This document shows positions 51,491 through 64,000 of a stretch of DNA of 64,000 nt, in pieces (the first letter of the stretch is position 1; the number at the start of each line of letters is the position of its first letter). A program made the translations under genes and the position numbers. The DNA is from Octopus sinensis (lineage: Eukaryota): assembly GCF_006345805.1 (NCBI RefSeq), contig NC_043003.1, positions 73,284,001 to 73,348,000 of the forward strand, given 5' to 3'. The notes beneath the pieces were generated by a model. The model was not told where the DNA came from. It saw only the letters and a list, made by a program, of their open reading frames with translations, and did not search any database.

Positions 51491-52699
51491 ATTTAGAACT
51501 AGCCTGCGTCTGGTATGATAATTTTCACTGTATTCTTCTTTTGGTGTTTCCTCTCTCTCTCTCTCACTTTCTCTACCGTGTAGACCGTGACTGAATAAGT
51601 CAACTAAACAACTAAAATTTCGGCTATTATTTAAAACTATCATAAAATCTTCGACTAGCTCTGACACTTATTCAAAATAGCAACTGAGAAATCTAAACTC
51701 TCACGCGAATTACCCTTTCATTGATATACCTATATAAATCTAGGCATTCAGAATTTTTATGGCACTTATTGGTGTAATAAGTAGGGTCTTTGCTAGATTT
51801 TAAACATTCAGGGTTGGAACTCTCATTCACAATAATTCTAGGGCGTAGTTGCAGAATAAGTACATCATCGTAACTTTTTCAACGATTTCTTGGTTTAAAA
51901 ACATCAGTAGTTTATAATATTTTTCTATTATTAACAACCGATAGACACTAAAGATCAATAACGATAAAGTAAAACTTGAAGATACATTTTAAAATTCAAA
52001 ATAGAAAACAATATTTTAATTGGATTTAAATACAATAAATTTTTAGCTCAGACAGAAAGTTTTGGAATGCGAAAAATGAAGAATCATTATTCATTTTGAA
52101 AAGTAGTTTTAAGGAAAACACTTATCTTTGATAGACTTTAATGGTAGCGGAATGAAGAATGTCTCTTTATTTTGATAAAAAAAAAAATGGTTAAATTTCT
52201 TGGCTTTCACGTAAATTGAAGACTAACAGGAAGAAAATGGTTTGACATACATACATACATACATACATACATACATACATACATACATACAGTAGTTGTA
52301 ATCGAAACACATAGTTAAATGGAAATTATAGATCTGAACAGTTTTAAAGGTAAGTCTGAAGAGTCAATCCTCAAGTAAACCTTTCTTCAGTTTTTTATAG
52401 GTATGATGGCAGAGAGAAGCGGTTCTTAACTGAGTACTCCAAAATAATGCCCCATATATGTTCAATTATAGTACAATCTATTTGCTGCCGTAGTTCGAGT
52501 GTTGTTAGACACAATACGTCCCCTTACACTATGGTCCTCCTCTGTAAGATTCACCTTCATTTCAGAATTATGCTTGTAGGAACTGGTGTTTACCTTGCAT
52601 TAAACAGTTCAGCAATTCAAGTGTTTGAAGCCCCAGTCATCGGCCCGCCAACATTTTCTCCTCTTTGAAAGTCAGCTAGGTCATGCATTAAGAGTCCAG

Positions 52700-53640
52700 C
52701 TTGTTGCGAGCATTTCAATAAAAGTACCTTCTCTAAGCAACTTTTGATTTTTTCATATCTAAGCCTCATTGCATTCTAGTTTTCTCTATCACTACGATTT
52801 TACTAAACCCCATCAATTCTTCTCTAATAGTCCATTTAAGATGAAGCAGCATTTGCTGTTGAGGCAGTTCTCTAATCATATCTGGAAGCTTGCTTCGTCG
52901 GTAGCGATGCATTTACCTTCCATTAACTGAGTCTCCGTCTATGAAGTGCACCTCTGTCGAGTGTACAGATCAGAAATTTGTGATCTGAATAACTGACGAT
53001 TATAAACTATTGGCAAGCTACGCTATTCTTACCCACTGGCTTATACAATGTTCTATCTAGATAAGATTTGGATGACTTGATGATGTTTTTCAGTATATAT
53101 TAACATAGTGGAGAACTCTACTCAATAACTGTGAGACAAAAAAATTTGAGCAGATTTGGAGGCAGGTGCTTCTGAACTTCTCCTCCAATCAGTTATACCG
53201 ACAGAATTATAATGTGCTTCCAAGATAGCATTCCAATCTCCTAACTCTGAATATTGAGACGTTTCTAGGAAAATCACCAGATGCTTGAAATGTTGCTCCA
53301 AACTTAAAGTGTTCACAACTATTAGTTTTCAGGCAATCTTTCTCTCTTTCTCAAGCCTAGGACTTACAACTTACATTTTAGATGTATGAAAATAACCCTG
53401 TCACGTGATCCAGACCTTTCCAAAAAAAAAAAAACCCAACTCAACTCCCCGCTTTTGATCGAACTGAAGATGGCGGGATATAGTATTCATAGAAAATGGG
53501 CAGTGGTCGGACATGCTGGTCTCGTTGACGGTCATCACCTCTATGTCTAGCGACCTTAGTGGCTGTGAAGGCGGGTCTAATTTCAGGACGACTCCGAGAA
53601 AAATGCATTTATACTGGTTATCTAAGTTAGTCATCTTGCC
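52700..53640 (-). pseudogene. Tx1/L1-like LINE APE endonuclease remnant
   Basis: Ordered APE motifs: SINA, LRSLDIEVMTVNET, LGDWNAIL, SYLDR, YSDHKF, WKVNASL. Confidence 0.85.
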
Positions 53641-54944
53641 AGCAGGATGAAGGCATAAAAAGAAAGTATATCTCGACTATGTGAACAGGCAGGTGATGTC
53701 TTCCTTTCGGATGTTTGGAGGTATTTCCACTAACAGTTGTGAATATAGTATATTGTTTCCTATTCCTTTGCGATATTTAGGTTTTTTAGATGTCTATGTC
53801 TGTTGTGATATGAGGATGGCTTTTTTTATGTGCGATGGAATAGTATTAGTTAAATAAATGTAGTTAATGTGCGATATTGTTCCATGTTGATGTATATAAT
53901 CTATTAATTCTCTACTGCTTGTGTTTGTGACTACGTACTTAATGATTTGCTTTTCGTTTGTGTTTAGGTGTGGGATCTATTTATTTGTGTGAGTGAAAAT
54001 GCTTGTGCTTGCGCTTTTAATAGTGGTGTGCGGAATAGTGGTGGTGGCGATGGTTGTGTTGTGACAGTGTGGTTAAGGTGTTGACAGTGCTGGTCTAGCT
54101 GCTACTGCTGCTGCTTAATTGTTGTTCCGACTTACCTTCCCCCGTTCGTTCGCATCGACTATATTTTTGTGTTGTTTTTTCTTTGTTACTTTTCATTTGT
54201 AATGTTTTGACATTTAGGTTCCATACCGTCAACTTAGCAACACGTGTCTGAATTCTCTTCAGTGTTTATGTTGAGGTTTATTGTCTTCGTGTTGAGAATG
54301 GTGTTCCTTTTATTATTTAGTAATTGTAGTTTCCAGTGCTGGTGTTGTCGCTGTGAGCGCTGCTTCCAGTCTTGTAAATGGTTCTACAATAATTATTATT
54401 GCTATTATTTGCCATTTTTAGTGACTTTTTTTTTTGCATTGTGGTTGATGTTTCTGTTGGTGTTGAGGTTCTGGGCTAAGGGTAAGTAACACGAATGTAT
54501 CCGACGTTATGGGCTTGTCTCACAAAACTAATATCTTACCAAATGCTCAGTAAACCGAATTCAGATTGGTCTGAATGTATACGCTTGTCATTGATAAACA
54601 TCCATAATGAATTATTTATATGTACACATTTTTCTCTGCTCTAGCATGTTCATGTGTTTCTCTTCTTCTGTTAAATGTTCATGTTCTTATTTAGTCTCAG
54701 GAAATGGAAGATAATAGTGTCTTGCCAAAAAAATATTCTTTGCCTTGTTTTCTCTGCTGTTGCTGCTGTTGGTATTACGATCTTGTTTGAGATCATTATT
54801 CTTACGGCTGTTATGTTTGCTGTTAAACATATGCAAGATTGATTAAAATATACGAACATATATTATACGAGTATATCAACACAAGCATTGCCATACAGCT
54901 CATTTCTACATAGGTGTCCAAATATTAGGAAACGTACATAAATT

Positions 54945-55120
54945 TTGGATGAGAATTAATCCGATTACATCGATCCCAGTTCTCAGTTTGTCCTTATTTA
55001 ATCGACCCCGAAAGGATGAGAGGCAAAATTGATCTCTACGCAGTTTGAACTCAGAACGTTAAGTCCAGAGTGATGTTGCTAGCATTTTCCCCGGTAAGAT
55101 TCTGCCAGTTTGCTGTCTTA
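54945..55120 (-). mobile_element. SINE family A copy, degenerate
   Basis: gattacatcgatcccagttctcag...aatcgaccccgaaaggatgagaggcaaaatt...gtttgaactcagaacg. Confidence 0.75.
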
Positions 55121-55411
55121 AAACTACATAAAATATTACGTAACATAAATAACCACAAGAAACAACTCCAGAATTCACAAAAAGTAAACTCTGAGAGAAT
55201 GTGTAGTCGTAAATTGAAAAGTGCTGTCTGTCTATCTATCTGACTGTCTGTCTATCTATCAGTCTGTCTATCTATCTGTCTGTCTATCTATCTGTCTGTT
55301 TGTCTGTCTATCTGTCTGTCTGCTTGTCTGTCCGCGTGCCCGTCTCTCTGTCCGCGTAGCAGTCTGTCTGTCTGTCTGTCTGCATAGCTGTATATCTATT
55401 TATCCAGATAC

Positions 55412-55477
<66 letters not shown>

Positions 55478-56171
55478 TGTGTGTGTGCATGCTTATCTCT
55501 GTGTATGTATGCAACATTTCCGAAACTAATATCAGTTAAATCAGAAATGCAATTTTGCTTCCATATCGAACGCATGCGCACGAAAAATTTAATAAAACTA
55601 CCGATATAGTTCCGATTCTATAAGAAGTAAGATCATATTCCTGAATTCATGATGAAACACCTACAGGGAAATCTTAGTAGAAATAAATACACAGATTATT
55701 GCTATAATAACGTCTATCTGTAACAGACAGACATTTGTGATTTCTGTAGACTTGACGACTAAGTATTTTGCGCTCTAAATATAAAGCTAATTACTTAAGA
55801 GAAATCCTACAACATAAAATAGCGAAATTAATCAAAATTCAAAGTTACACTGCTATTATAGAAGTATAACATCGTAAATATATTTTGCAATTGAATTCAA
55901 AATGTATAAATTGTGTGCTGTGTAATTGGCAATAATATCAATAGAAAACTTCGACTAAAAATATATCATGTAACTCACAAATTAATGTTTCTGTAATTCT
56001 CATTATCGAATAACTGAATTCATGATCTGCATGTATGTTTGTCAGTCTAGGCTCACTCACACCAGCGGTGTTTATCAAGGCGTATAATATATCGAAGACG
56101 GAAAAGTGTTGTAACAGAAAACCAAGTAGCCTGGCTAATCGAGTCTGTCTGTCTGTCTGACTATTGTTATG

Positions 56172-56205
<34 letters not shown>

Positions 56206-56263
56206 TGTATGCATGTATGTATGTATGTATTTATGTACATACGTATGTATGTATGTATCTCTC

Positions 56264-56344
<81 letters not shown>

Positions 56345-56347
<3 letters not shown>

Positions 56348-56728
56348 CGCACAGGTGGCTTTGTGGTAAGTAGCTTGCTTAACAATTACATAGTTCCGGG
56401 TTCAGTCCCACTGCACGGCACCATGGGCGAGTGCCTTCTACTATAGCCTTGGGCCGACATAAGCCTTGTGAGTGGATTTTATTGACGGAAAGTGAAAGAA
56501 GTCCGTCGTATATATATATATGCATAAATATATATGTATATGCGTATGTGTGTTTGTGTATCTGTGTTTGTCCCCCACCAAATCGCTTGGCAAACGATGC
56601 TGGTGTGTTTAAGTCCCCGTAACTTAGCGGTTCGGTAAAACACACCGAAAGAATAAGTCCTGGTTTCGATTTGCTCGACTAGAGGTAGTACTCTAGAACG
56701 GCCGCAGTCAAACGGCTGATTCAAAAGA

Positions 56729-56730
<2 letters not shown>
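56345..56730 (+). mobile_element. SINE family D, full length
   Basis: tRNA-like head ggcgcacaggtggctttgtggtaagtagcttgct...gggttcagtccca, CORE-like gggcgagtgccttctactatagcc, internal TA/TG tract, tail ggccgcagtcaaacggctga. Confidence 0.85.
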
Positions 56731-56767
<37 letters not shown>

Positions 56768-56799
56768 CGCACATATATATGTTTACTTATATATTTTTA

Positions 56800-57093
<294 letters not shown>

Positions 57094-57199
57094 CATACAT
57101 ACCAGGCACGTACCGTGAGTAATTACTCAGAGTAGGTAGTTGGTGACGTTTATGTAGTAACACGCACAAAAATAAGTGAAACACAGGCGCACGACTGAA

Positions 57200-57832
57200 G
57201 TGGAGGCAGATTCATTGTTTTGCATGAATAACTTGCATCACGATAGTCTCTTTGCTGAGAACAGTCGTAGTAAGCCATCATATTTGTATTCCACCTGCCT
57301 TGATAGCTAGTTTCCATGGTCTCCATGTCTTAGTGGCATTTTCCCCTCCTTGTCACAACATATTGCACTGGGATTTTCAGGGAAGTAGTCCAGATGACTG
57401 TGCAGAAAATGCACTTTTACACTCATGTTGCAGTCTAGTACTCGAAAACTGGTTAAAAGGGTTTGCACAAGTACTTCATAATTTGATGACTTCCTGCTTT
57501 TCAGGAAATCAGACACGATTGCGATAAAAGAATTGCGTCCTTTTTTAATCTTTGGCCCAGTAAACAACTTAAATTTCTGACACGACAAGGCTGTAAACTT
57601 TCTGCTTAAGTATTTAAATCAGTCACTGTTTTAATGTTTCAACACTTTTTATTCACTAAACGGGGAGCGGAGGCTTTGTCTTGATTATCTAGTTTCATGC
57701 CAAAATCAGGTAAGCTTTCTTCGCAAGATCTGTGAGTTTGTTTCGCTGCCTAGGTAAAGTGTAATATCCACAAAAATAGAAGAAGGCATCGGAGATGTTT
57801 TTGCATTCTCTTCTGTTACAACTGGCCTTCAT
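57200..57832 (-). pseudogene. Chapaev3-like (CMC) transposase, internally deleted
   Basis: N-terminal MKASCNRRECKNISDAFFYFCGYYTL...FGMKLDNQDKA joined to C-terminal CNMSVKVHFLHSHLDYFPEN...YQGRWNTNMMA; family name from recalled motifs. Confidence 0.65.
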
Positions 57833-58208
57833 TTTGAAACACAAAACATTTATTCAAGCCAGTTGTTATCTGGATAAATCAACTGTCAACAGTTATAAAG
57901 TTAGCAAATGCTGATATGCAAAGTTCCATAAAGAGAATATATACCATGAAATTCTTTCTACAATTCTTTGAACACGCTTGACAAAATGTGACCTAGGTCC
58001 ATGTGACTCCACTATTAAAACATTAAGGGCACATACAAAATATAAATTTCCATAAGAAACTGTTAAACGTTCCAGAAAACATGTCTCAGCTGCTTCGCAA
58101 GAGACCGGTAGAATAAGTCTCTGCCTGCCTGTCTGTCTATCTGTCTGTCTGTCTGTCTCTCTCTCTCACACACACACAGACACACACACACACACGCGCA
58201 CGCACGCA

Positions 58209-58252
<44 letters not shown>

Positions 58253-58924
58253 TATATATATATAAGCACTAGGCTCAATTCATTCGACTAAAAGTTCTCC
58301 AGGTCGGTGCCCCAGCATGCCCGCATTCTACTGAAAGAAGCATAAGATGAAAAATATATAAATATACCATTATTATCATGCACAGGATTGTAAAATACGA
58401 CACCGTATAAAAATTCGTTCGCACCGAAAGCATATAGAACGTTTGTTTACATAGAACAAATACGAACTAATATAGTTCTTAAATTTGACTGAAACAAGGA
58501 GACTAATTCTCTGGAGTAAATGGTCACACACAACGGGATATGAGCTCGATTCCCACGCGGATAGAAAAGCATTCTGTTTCTGTCGAGGGCTTATATGCCC
58601 CTTTATTAGACTATTTTCCTTAGTTATTGTACGGTGATCTCTTTCAGCTTATATAAAAATACCATATATATATATATATATATAATATATATATATATGC
58701 TAGCAGTATTGCCCGGTTTTCTCTCTCACTATCTCTCTAACTCTCTATTTCACTCTTTCTCTCTCATTCTCTCTTTCTCACTCTCTCTCTCTCATTCTCT
58801 CTCTCACTCTCTCTCTCTCGCTCTCTATCTCACACTATCGCTCTATTTCACTCTCTCTCTCACTCTCCCCTCTCTCTGTCACTCTCCTTCTCTCTCTCTC
58901 ACTCTCTCTCCCATCGGAAGACAA

Positions 58925-59015
58925 AGAATGACAGACAAAAGGATTAAGTCGATTATATCGACCCTAGTGTGCAACTGGTACAGTTTTTAATCGACCCTGA
59001 AATGATGAAAAGGAA
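58925..59015 (-). mobile_element. SINE family A fragment
   Basis: ggattaagtcgattatatcgaccctagtgtgcaactggtac...gacctcggcggaatttgaa. Confidence 0.75.
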
Positions 59016-59182
59016 AGCCGACCTCGGCGGAATTTGAAATTAGAATGTAACTGAGTAAATTTCAATATTTAATGAATGGGATAAAGCCTACACAAACACA
59101 TTATCGATTTTTGCACTTGCGAGATGAATTTCGGAACAGAAATAGCGCAGTTCAATTTTCATTCGCCTAAACTTTAAGTGAC

Positions 59183-59240
<58 letters not shown>

Positions 59241-59292
59241 GGTGTGTGTGCGTGTGTGTGTATGCCCATAGATTATATATATATGACAATAA

Positions 59293-59329
<37 letters not shown>

Positions 59330-59558
59330 CCTAACTGAAAGGGAACAAAGGGTCATTGAGCACCAGCATTGCTAGAATTAAGAGTCAAAGGCTCCAGGTA
59401 GAACATGTGACTAAGGAATTTTTGATTTCTCTTTTTAGGAATGCTAATGCCCATTGCAACTTTGGTCACTGTTAGTAAGGGTGAATTATTTCCTGTTTGG
59501 TTTTAAATTGCTTTTGGCCACCTTTATTATTTCATATATATGTCTATCTATCTATCTG

Positions 59559-59632
<74 letters not shown>

Positions 59633-59667
59633 CAACTATCTATCTACCTACATCTCTCTCTTTCTGC

Positions 59668-59720
<53 letters not shown>

Positions 59721-59746
59721 TTATACACACACATATTCATACATAC

Positions 59747-59808
<62 letters not shown>

Positions 59809-60260
59809 CATATATATAATTTATATATATTAGCATTTTCCTAAGTAATCCGACTTAACATTTGCTGTTCACTTAACATTACAGTTGGAGAAATTGTGTG
59901 ACATGTTTTTAATAAAAGACAAGCTGTCAATATTTCAAAGAATTTATTAAAATAGACAGAGCAGCAAAATGATGAAGGAGTTTATTTTCTTTTAAATGCA
60001 TATTTGGGGGAAAATGAGTAAAGAAATTTCGAGCATAATCCCATCAAACAAAATTTGACGTCTTTGGAAATCGCGAAATTTTCTGACACATATACGGTTT
60101 ACCGATATATGAACGGTTTAAAAACAATACAAATTTATATCTAGTCGGAGAAATCAATCATATATTAGATGCAATGCATGATTTAAAATATTTCAATAGC
60201 CTTTTTTTTGTTCACTAAAGATATCTGACGATGCAGTTTAATCACAATTAATAAACACCC

Positions 60261-60325
<65 letters not shown>

Positions 60326-60331
60326 ATATAT

Positions 60332-60371
<40 letters not shown>

Positions 60372-60559
60372 ATATTCCGGTGTAAGCACATGGATGTGAA
60401 AGAAGGTGAAAAAAAGAGTACTCAAATACCAGAGTTAGAGTAATATGCTTTATTGAAAAGCAGCAGAAATATAACAAAAGCTATTTTAACAAAACTGTCC
60501 GACGAGCGGGAACGTGAAACTCTGAGTAACAGCTTTTGTTATATTTCTGCTGCTTTTAA

Positions 60560-60641
<82 letters not shown>

Positions 60642-61063
60642 TGTGTGTGTATGAGTTTGTGTGCGTGTGTGTGTGCATCCATATGCATACACACATGCCT
60701 ACATACATACACACACATCTATATATATTAATTTACACTCACACGTACACATATATACATTTCGCTCTTGCATTTGGTTAGCAAGTTTCTTTATGTGAAT
60801 TCGTGTGTTGATTCGTATTTCACCGTGTCTGGAGAGAGTCATTCTCTTTTAGTGCCCTATTACTGAATAGACATGTTTCTTTGCTGCTGTGTTAGTTGTA
60901 GGTCTGCCTTTTGGATTGTAGGTTTGAAAGTGATTGGTATCACTGTTTTCTTTGTCTTTTTGACACACTACTTCTTCTGAGCTATGTTTTTTTCCTGTAA
61001 ATTCCTCCTGTTTAGGGACGAATTACTTTCTCTTCTTTTCTTTTCTTTTTTACACTCTAAAAT

Positions 61064-62690
61064 ATGGATACCGAAATTATTGGAAATACCCAACCAGAAG
61101 AATGCCAGACAAACAAATTGTACAATGAAATGTTCCCCTCCATCCCAAGTGATGAAACGAAGAAGGAAAACTTGCTAATAATGAACGTAAACAACCCGAA
61201 AACCATAATACAAGATAATGAAAAGATTAACTTCGCGTCCTTGGCCGGTGTTACTAGTGAAACAGTGCAAGTCGGCATCGGCGATCTTGAAAAATTCAAT
61301 AGCTTATTAAAAAAAAAGAGGGCACAAATGTAAAATTAATTCCCCCAGAGGAAGTGACACAAACCACACAACGCAAAACTATAATCTACAAAACGTTATC
61401 TCTAAAATCTTAAAAAATAGAAATGTCAACCAAAGAAGCCATCGAAAAATTGCGTTCAACCTATCTGGCATAAAACCAAAGATGTAGCACGAGGTAAACA
61501 CTACCGCAGAGTTGAGTTGAGTTTCGCCTCCGAAGAAGAAACGAAAAAACACTCTACGACATCCCTAAAGTCGGAACATGGAGGATAGAATTACCATCTT
61601 CTAGGCTACGAAGCTGCAACAATAAAACTAGTTGGGCCAGGGCCTGGACCTAATTATCAGTGCCACCCAAGGGACCTAGAAGAATTACCCGACCAAGTGA
61701 TATTACCTGACGAAACCGCAAGCAGTCATGGTGGAGGGCAGAAAACCAAGATGTTATAAGTGTGGGCGAAAAGTTCACATAAAACCGCTTGCCCACAAGA
61801 CCGATAACCAACTGTACCCCCTTCACGCAACAACCCTCCACAAATTGACGTCCCAAAAGACGACAAAAAGAAGCTACGCAATACCACCCCAAAAACAACC
61901 CACACCAGAAGCCTCAAGAGAGAAAACAAAAGACCCAAAGAGAGACGCCCAAAAGATTGAAGTCAACGGCAATGAATGGACAGAAATTAAACAGAGACGT
62001 AAGAGGAAAAATACATTCCTCACATACATTAACATCACAGACACCCAAATACCTGCATTCACCCACCTTACATACAAGCCCCAAACACTCAACTTATTAC
62101 CCTCATACACAATGATAAATATCACTGCTATGAACACAAATAATACCACATTAATTGAACTTACACGTAATAATCCACATGTCACCCCTTATAAAACCCC
62201 ATGAAACTCGAATATACCAGACAACATTCAATTCATCAACATTGACAATATTTCATATATAGACCAGATGTAACACCCTAATAACATTGGCTCCCTACCT
62301 AAGACGTTCACCACACATTTATACACTAAATTCAAGGGAAGTACCTCACAAGTCACAACCGAAGAAGAGGGGTTATCAACACCCCTCCTCAGCATATAAA
62401 ATGTAAGTAATTAAATTTATCCTGTTCTCGCTTGGTAGCGTAAATGTGCGTAACCTTGGATAGAACTGGAAGCAAGGTCGTTTCCTAGATGTTCTCGGGT
62501 CACGGAACCTGGATGTAATGTTCACTAACGAAACCAAACTGAATGGACCGCGAGGGCAGACTGTTTGACTTGGCGTGACGCATAGCAGCGGCAGTGCCTC
62601 CAGAGGGCAGCTGTCTATGCACCATGTGCGACCGGACAGTCTGACTATTTAAGATACCTAGAGAATTTCCAGGGAACGTCACACATCTAT
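61064..62690 (+). pseudogene. Tx1/L1-like LINE 5' portion: gag-like ORF1 and start of ORF2 endonuclease
   Basis: Zinc knuckle C-YK-C-GRKV-H-IK(T)A-C with a 1-bp frameshift (61752-61792); ORF2 start SVNVRNLG*NWKQGRFLDVLGSRNLDVMFTNETKL. Confidence 0.75.
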
Positions 62691-63096
62691 ATATAAGTAT
62701 GTATATATATTCATATATACATACATACACATGCACGCGCGCGTATGCCTCTGTAATCTCTGGGGCTCGAAAAGCAGTTTTGTGCTAAACAACCCTGCAC
62801 AGATGATCAAATATTTGCGTTGCATATTGACTCAATCCTTTCATCAAAGCTACATTAATTGTGCAGATAAACAGTATGCCTTGTATAGAGTGTTGAATGA
62901 TTGCAGTGCAACGTGAGATGAAGTATCTTGAACACACTGCCGCACCCAGGTATCGAACACCCACTTTCTGGTGATCCTCAGCGAGATACCCCAACCACTA
63001 AACTACGTAGGAGTGTAATATGTGGTGTTTGTACAAAAGGAAATGATCCTCGCATCTTTGACTTCAGTATATATGCTGCTGACGTATATATAAATA

Positions 63097-63164
<68 letters not shown>

Positions 63165-63216
63165 CATATATATATGTACATATATATATATGTGTGTGTG
63201 TGTATATATATATGTA

Positions 63217-63252
<36 letters not shown>

Positions 63253-63469
63253 CGCATACATTTATTATACATATATATGATATATTTTATATATAAACAC
63301 ACGAACACACACGCATATACACACATACACACACTACATACATATCTATACATCTACGTTTTGGTTCTTCTACATGATATTCAGTTATATTATACTGAAG
63401 ATAGTGTTTGTGCTCTATAATAATAATCATTTTTTCTATCTCTTTTTTTCATTTTAAGATGCATTCCTG

Positions 63470-63800
63470 GTGTATTTCAAGAAATGATTATATATTTTAA
63501 TGTTCTCGGTATTGCTAAAGCTATACTTACTGAATCAGTTTGTAGCGTCATCTCTATAAAAAATCTGACAAATTAGAATTTTACGAGTTTTTGTAGTATG
63601 TTTATCACGTGCAAATTTACATTCGATTGTCTGTGTACATATGATATGGGCGAGTTCTAAATAATTCTCATTTTCTTGGTTAACAATAAATTCGACTGCA
63701 CCTCCACGATTGTAGTGTATTTGTAGAATGGCATCTTGAGATCCGTATGAAAAATAAAATTTAATTGAATACATTTATCTCGAAATAATTTACACAAAAT
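63470..63800 (-). pseudogene. Probable Maverick/Polinton (adintovirus-like) major capsid protein N-terminal remnant
   Basis: (C)HSTNTLQS-GGAVEFIVNQENENYLELAH across one frameshift resembles the recalled Polinton capsid motif YHP...GPIEF.I....E.YLDL..T. Confidence 0.45.
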
Positions 63801-64000
63801 ATTACACAAATTGGTATTTGATTTAGCTGAGTTATATATGAAAACAGTTGAATATTTTACTGGAAGATTACTGAATATTCATTAACAATGCATATGCTTA
63901 TAAACTTTAAGAAGGATACAAGAGACACTGAGTCCGAAGTTTCGGTTTACCAGCTTGTATCTATCTGTTCAATAATTGGCTTCTATTTGACTTCATATAT

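Overview
AT-rich, microsatellite-dense eukaryotic DNA. The SINE families and (TA)n/(TG)n/(TCTA)n density point to an octopod cephalopod, probably Octopus (inference). No host protein-coding exon, tRNA gene, rRNA gene or CRISPR array could be supported, and most ORFs in the track are microsatellite or SINE read-throughs. The window is mainly a transposon graveyard. It holds about 20 tRNA-derived SINE copies of several modular families, several with target-site duplications (TSDs). It also holds a full-length IR/DR Tc1 (DD34E) element broken by one nonsense codon, two Penelope-like (RT + GIY-YIG) remnants, two Tx1/L1-like ORF1-endonuclease fragments and several MITE/foldback elements. Further fragments come from mariner, DD37D/maT, Chapaev3-like, Helitron, CR1/L2-like and probably Gypsy elements, plus a likely Maverick/Polinton capsid gene. 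The most notable signal is a set of type I hammerhead ribozyme motifs: three near-intact (7949-8039 minus, 33992-34067 plus, 47362-47405 plus) and several decayed ones, consistent with Penelope-like terminal repeats. All alignments and folds were done by eye, and fragment boundaries are approximate unless a TSD or terminal inverted repeat (TIR) is quoted.
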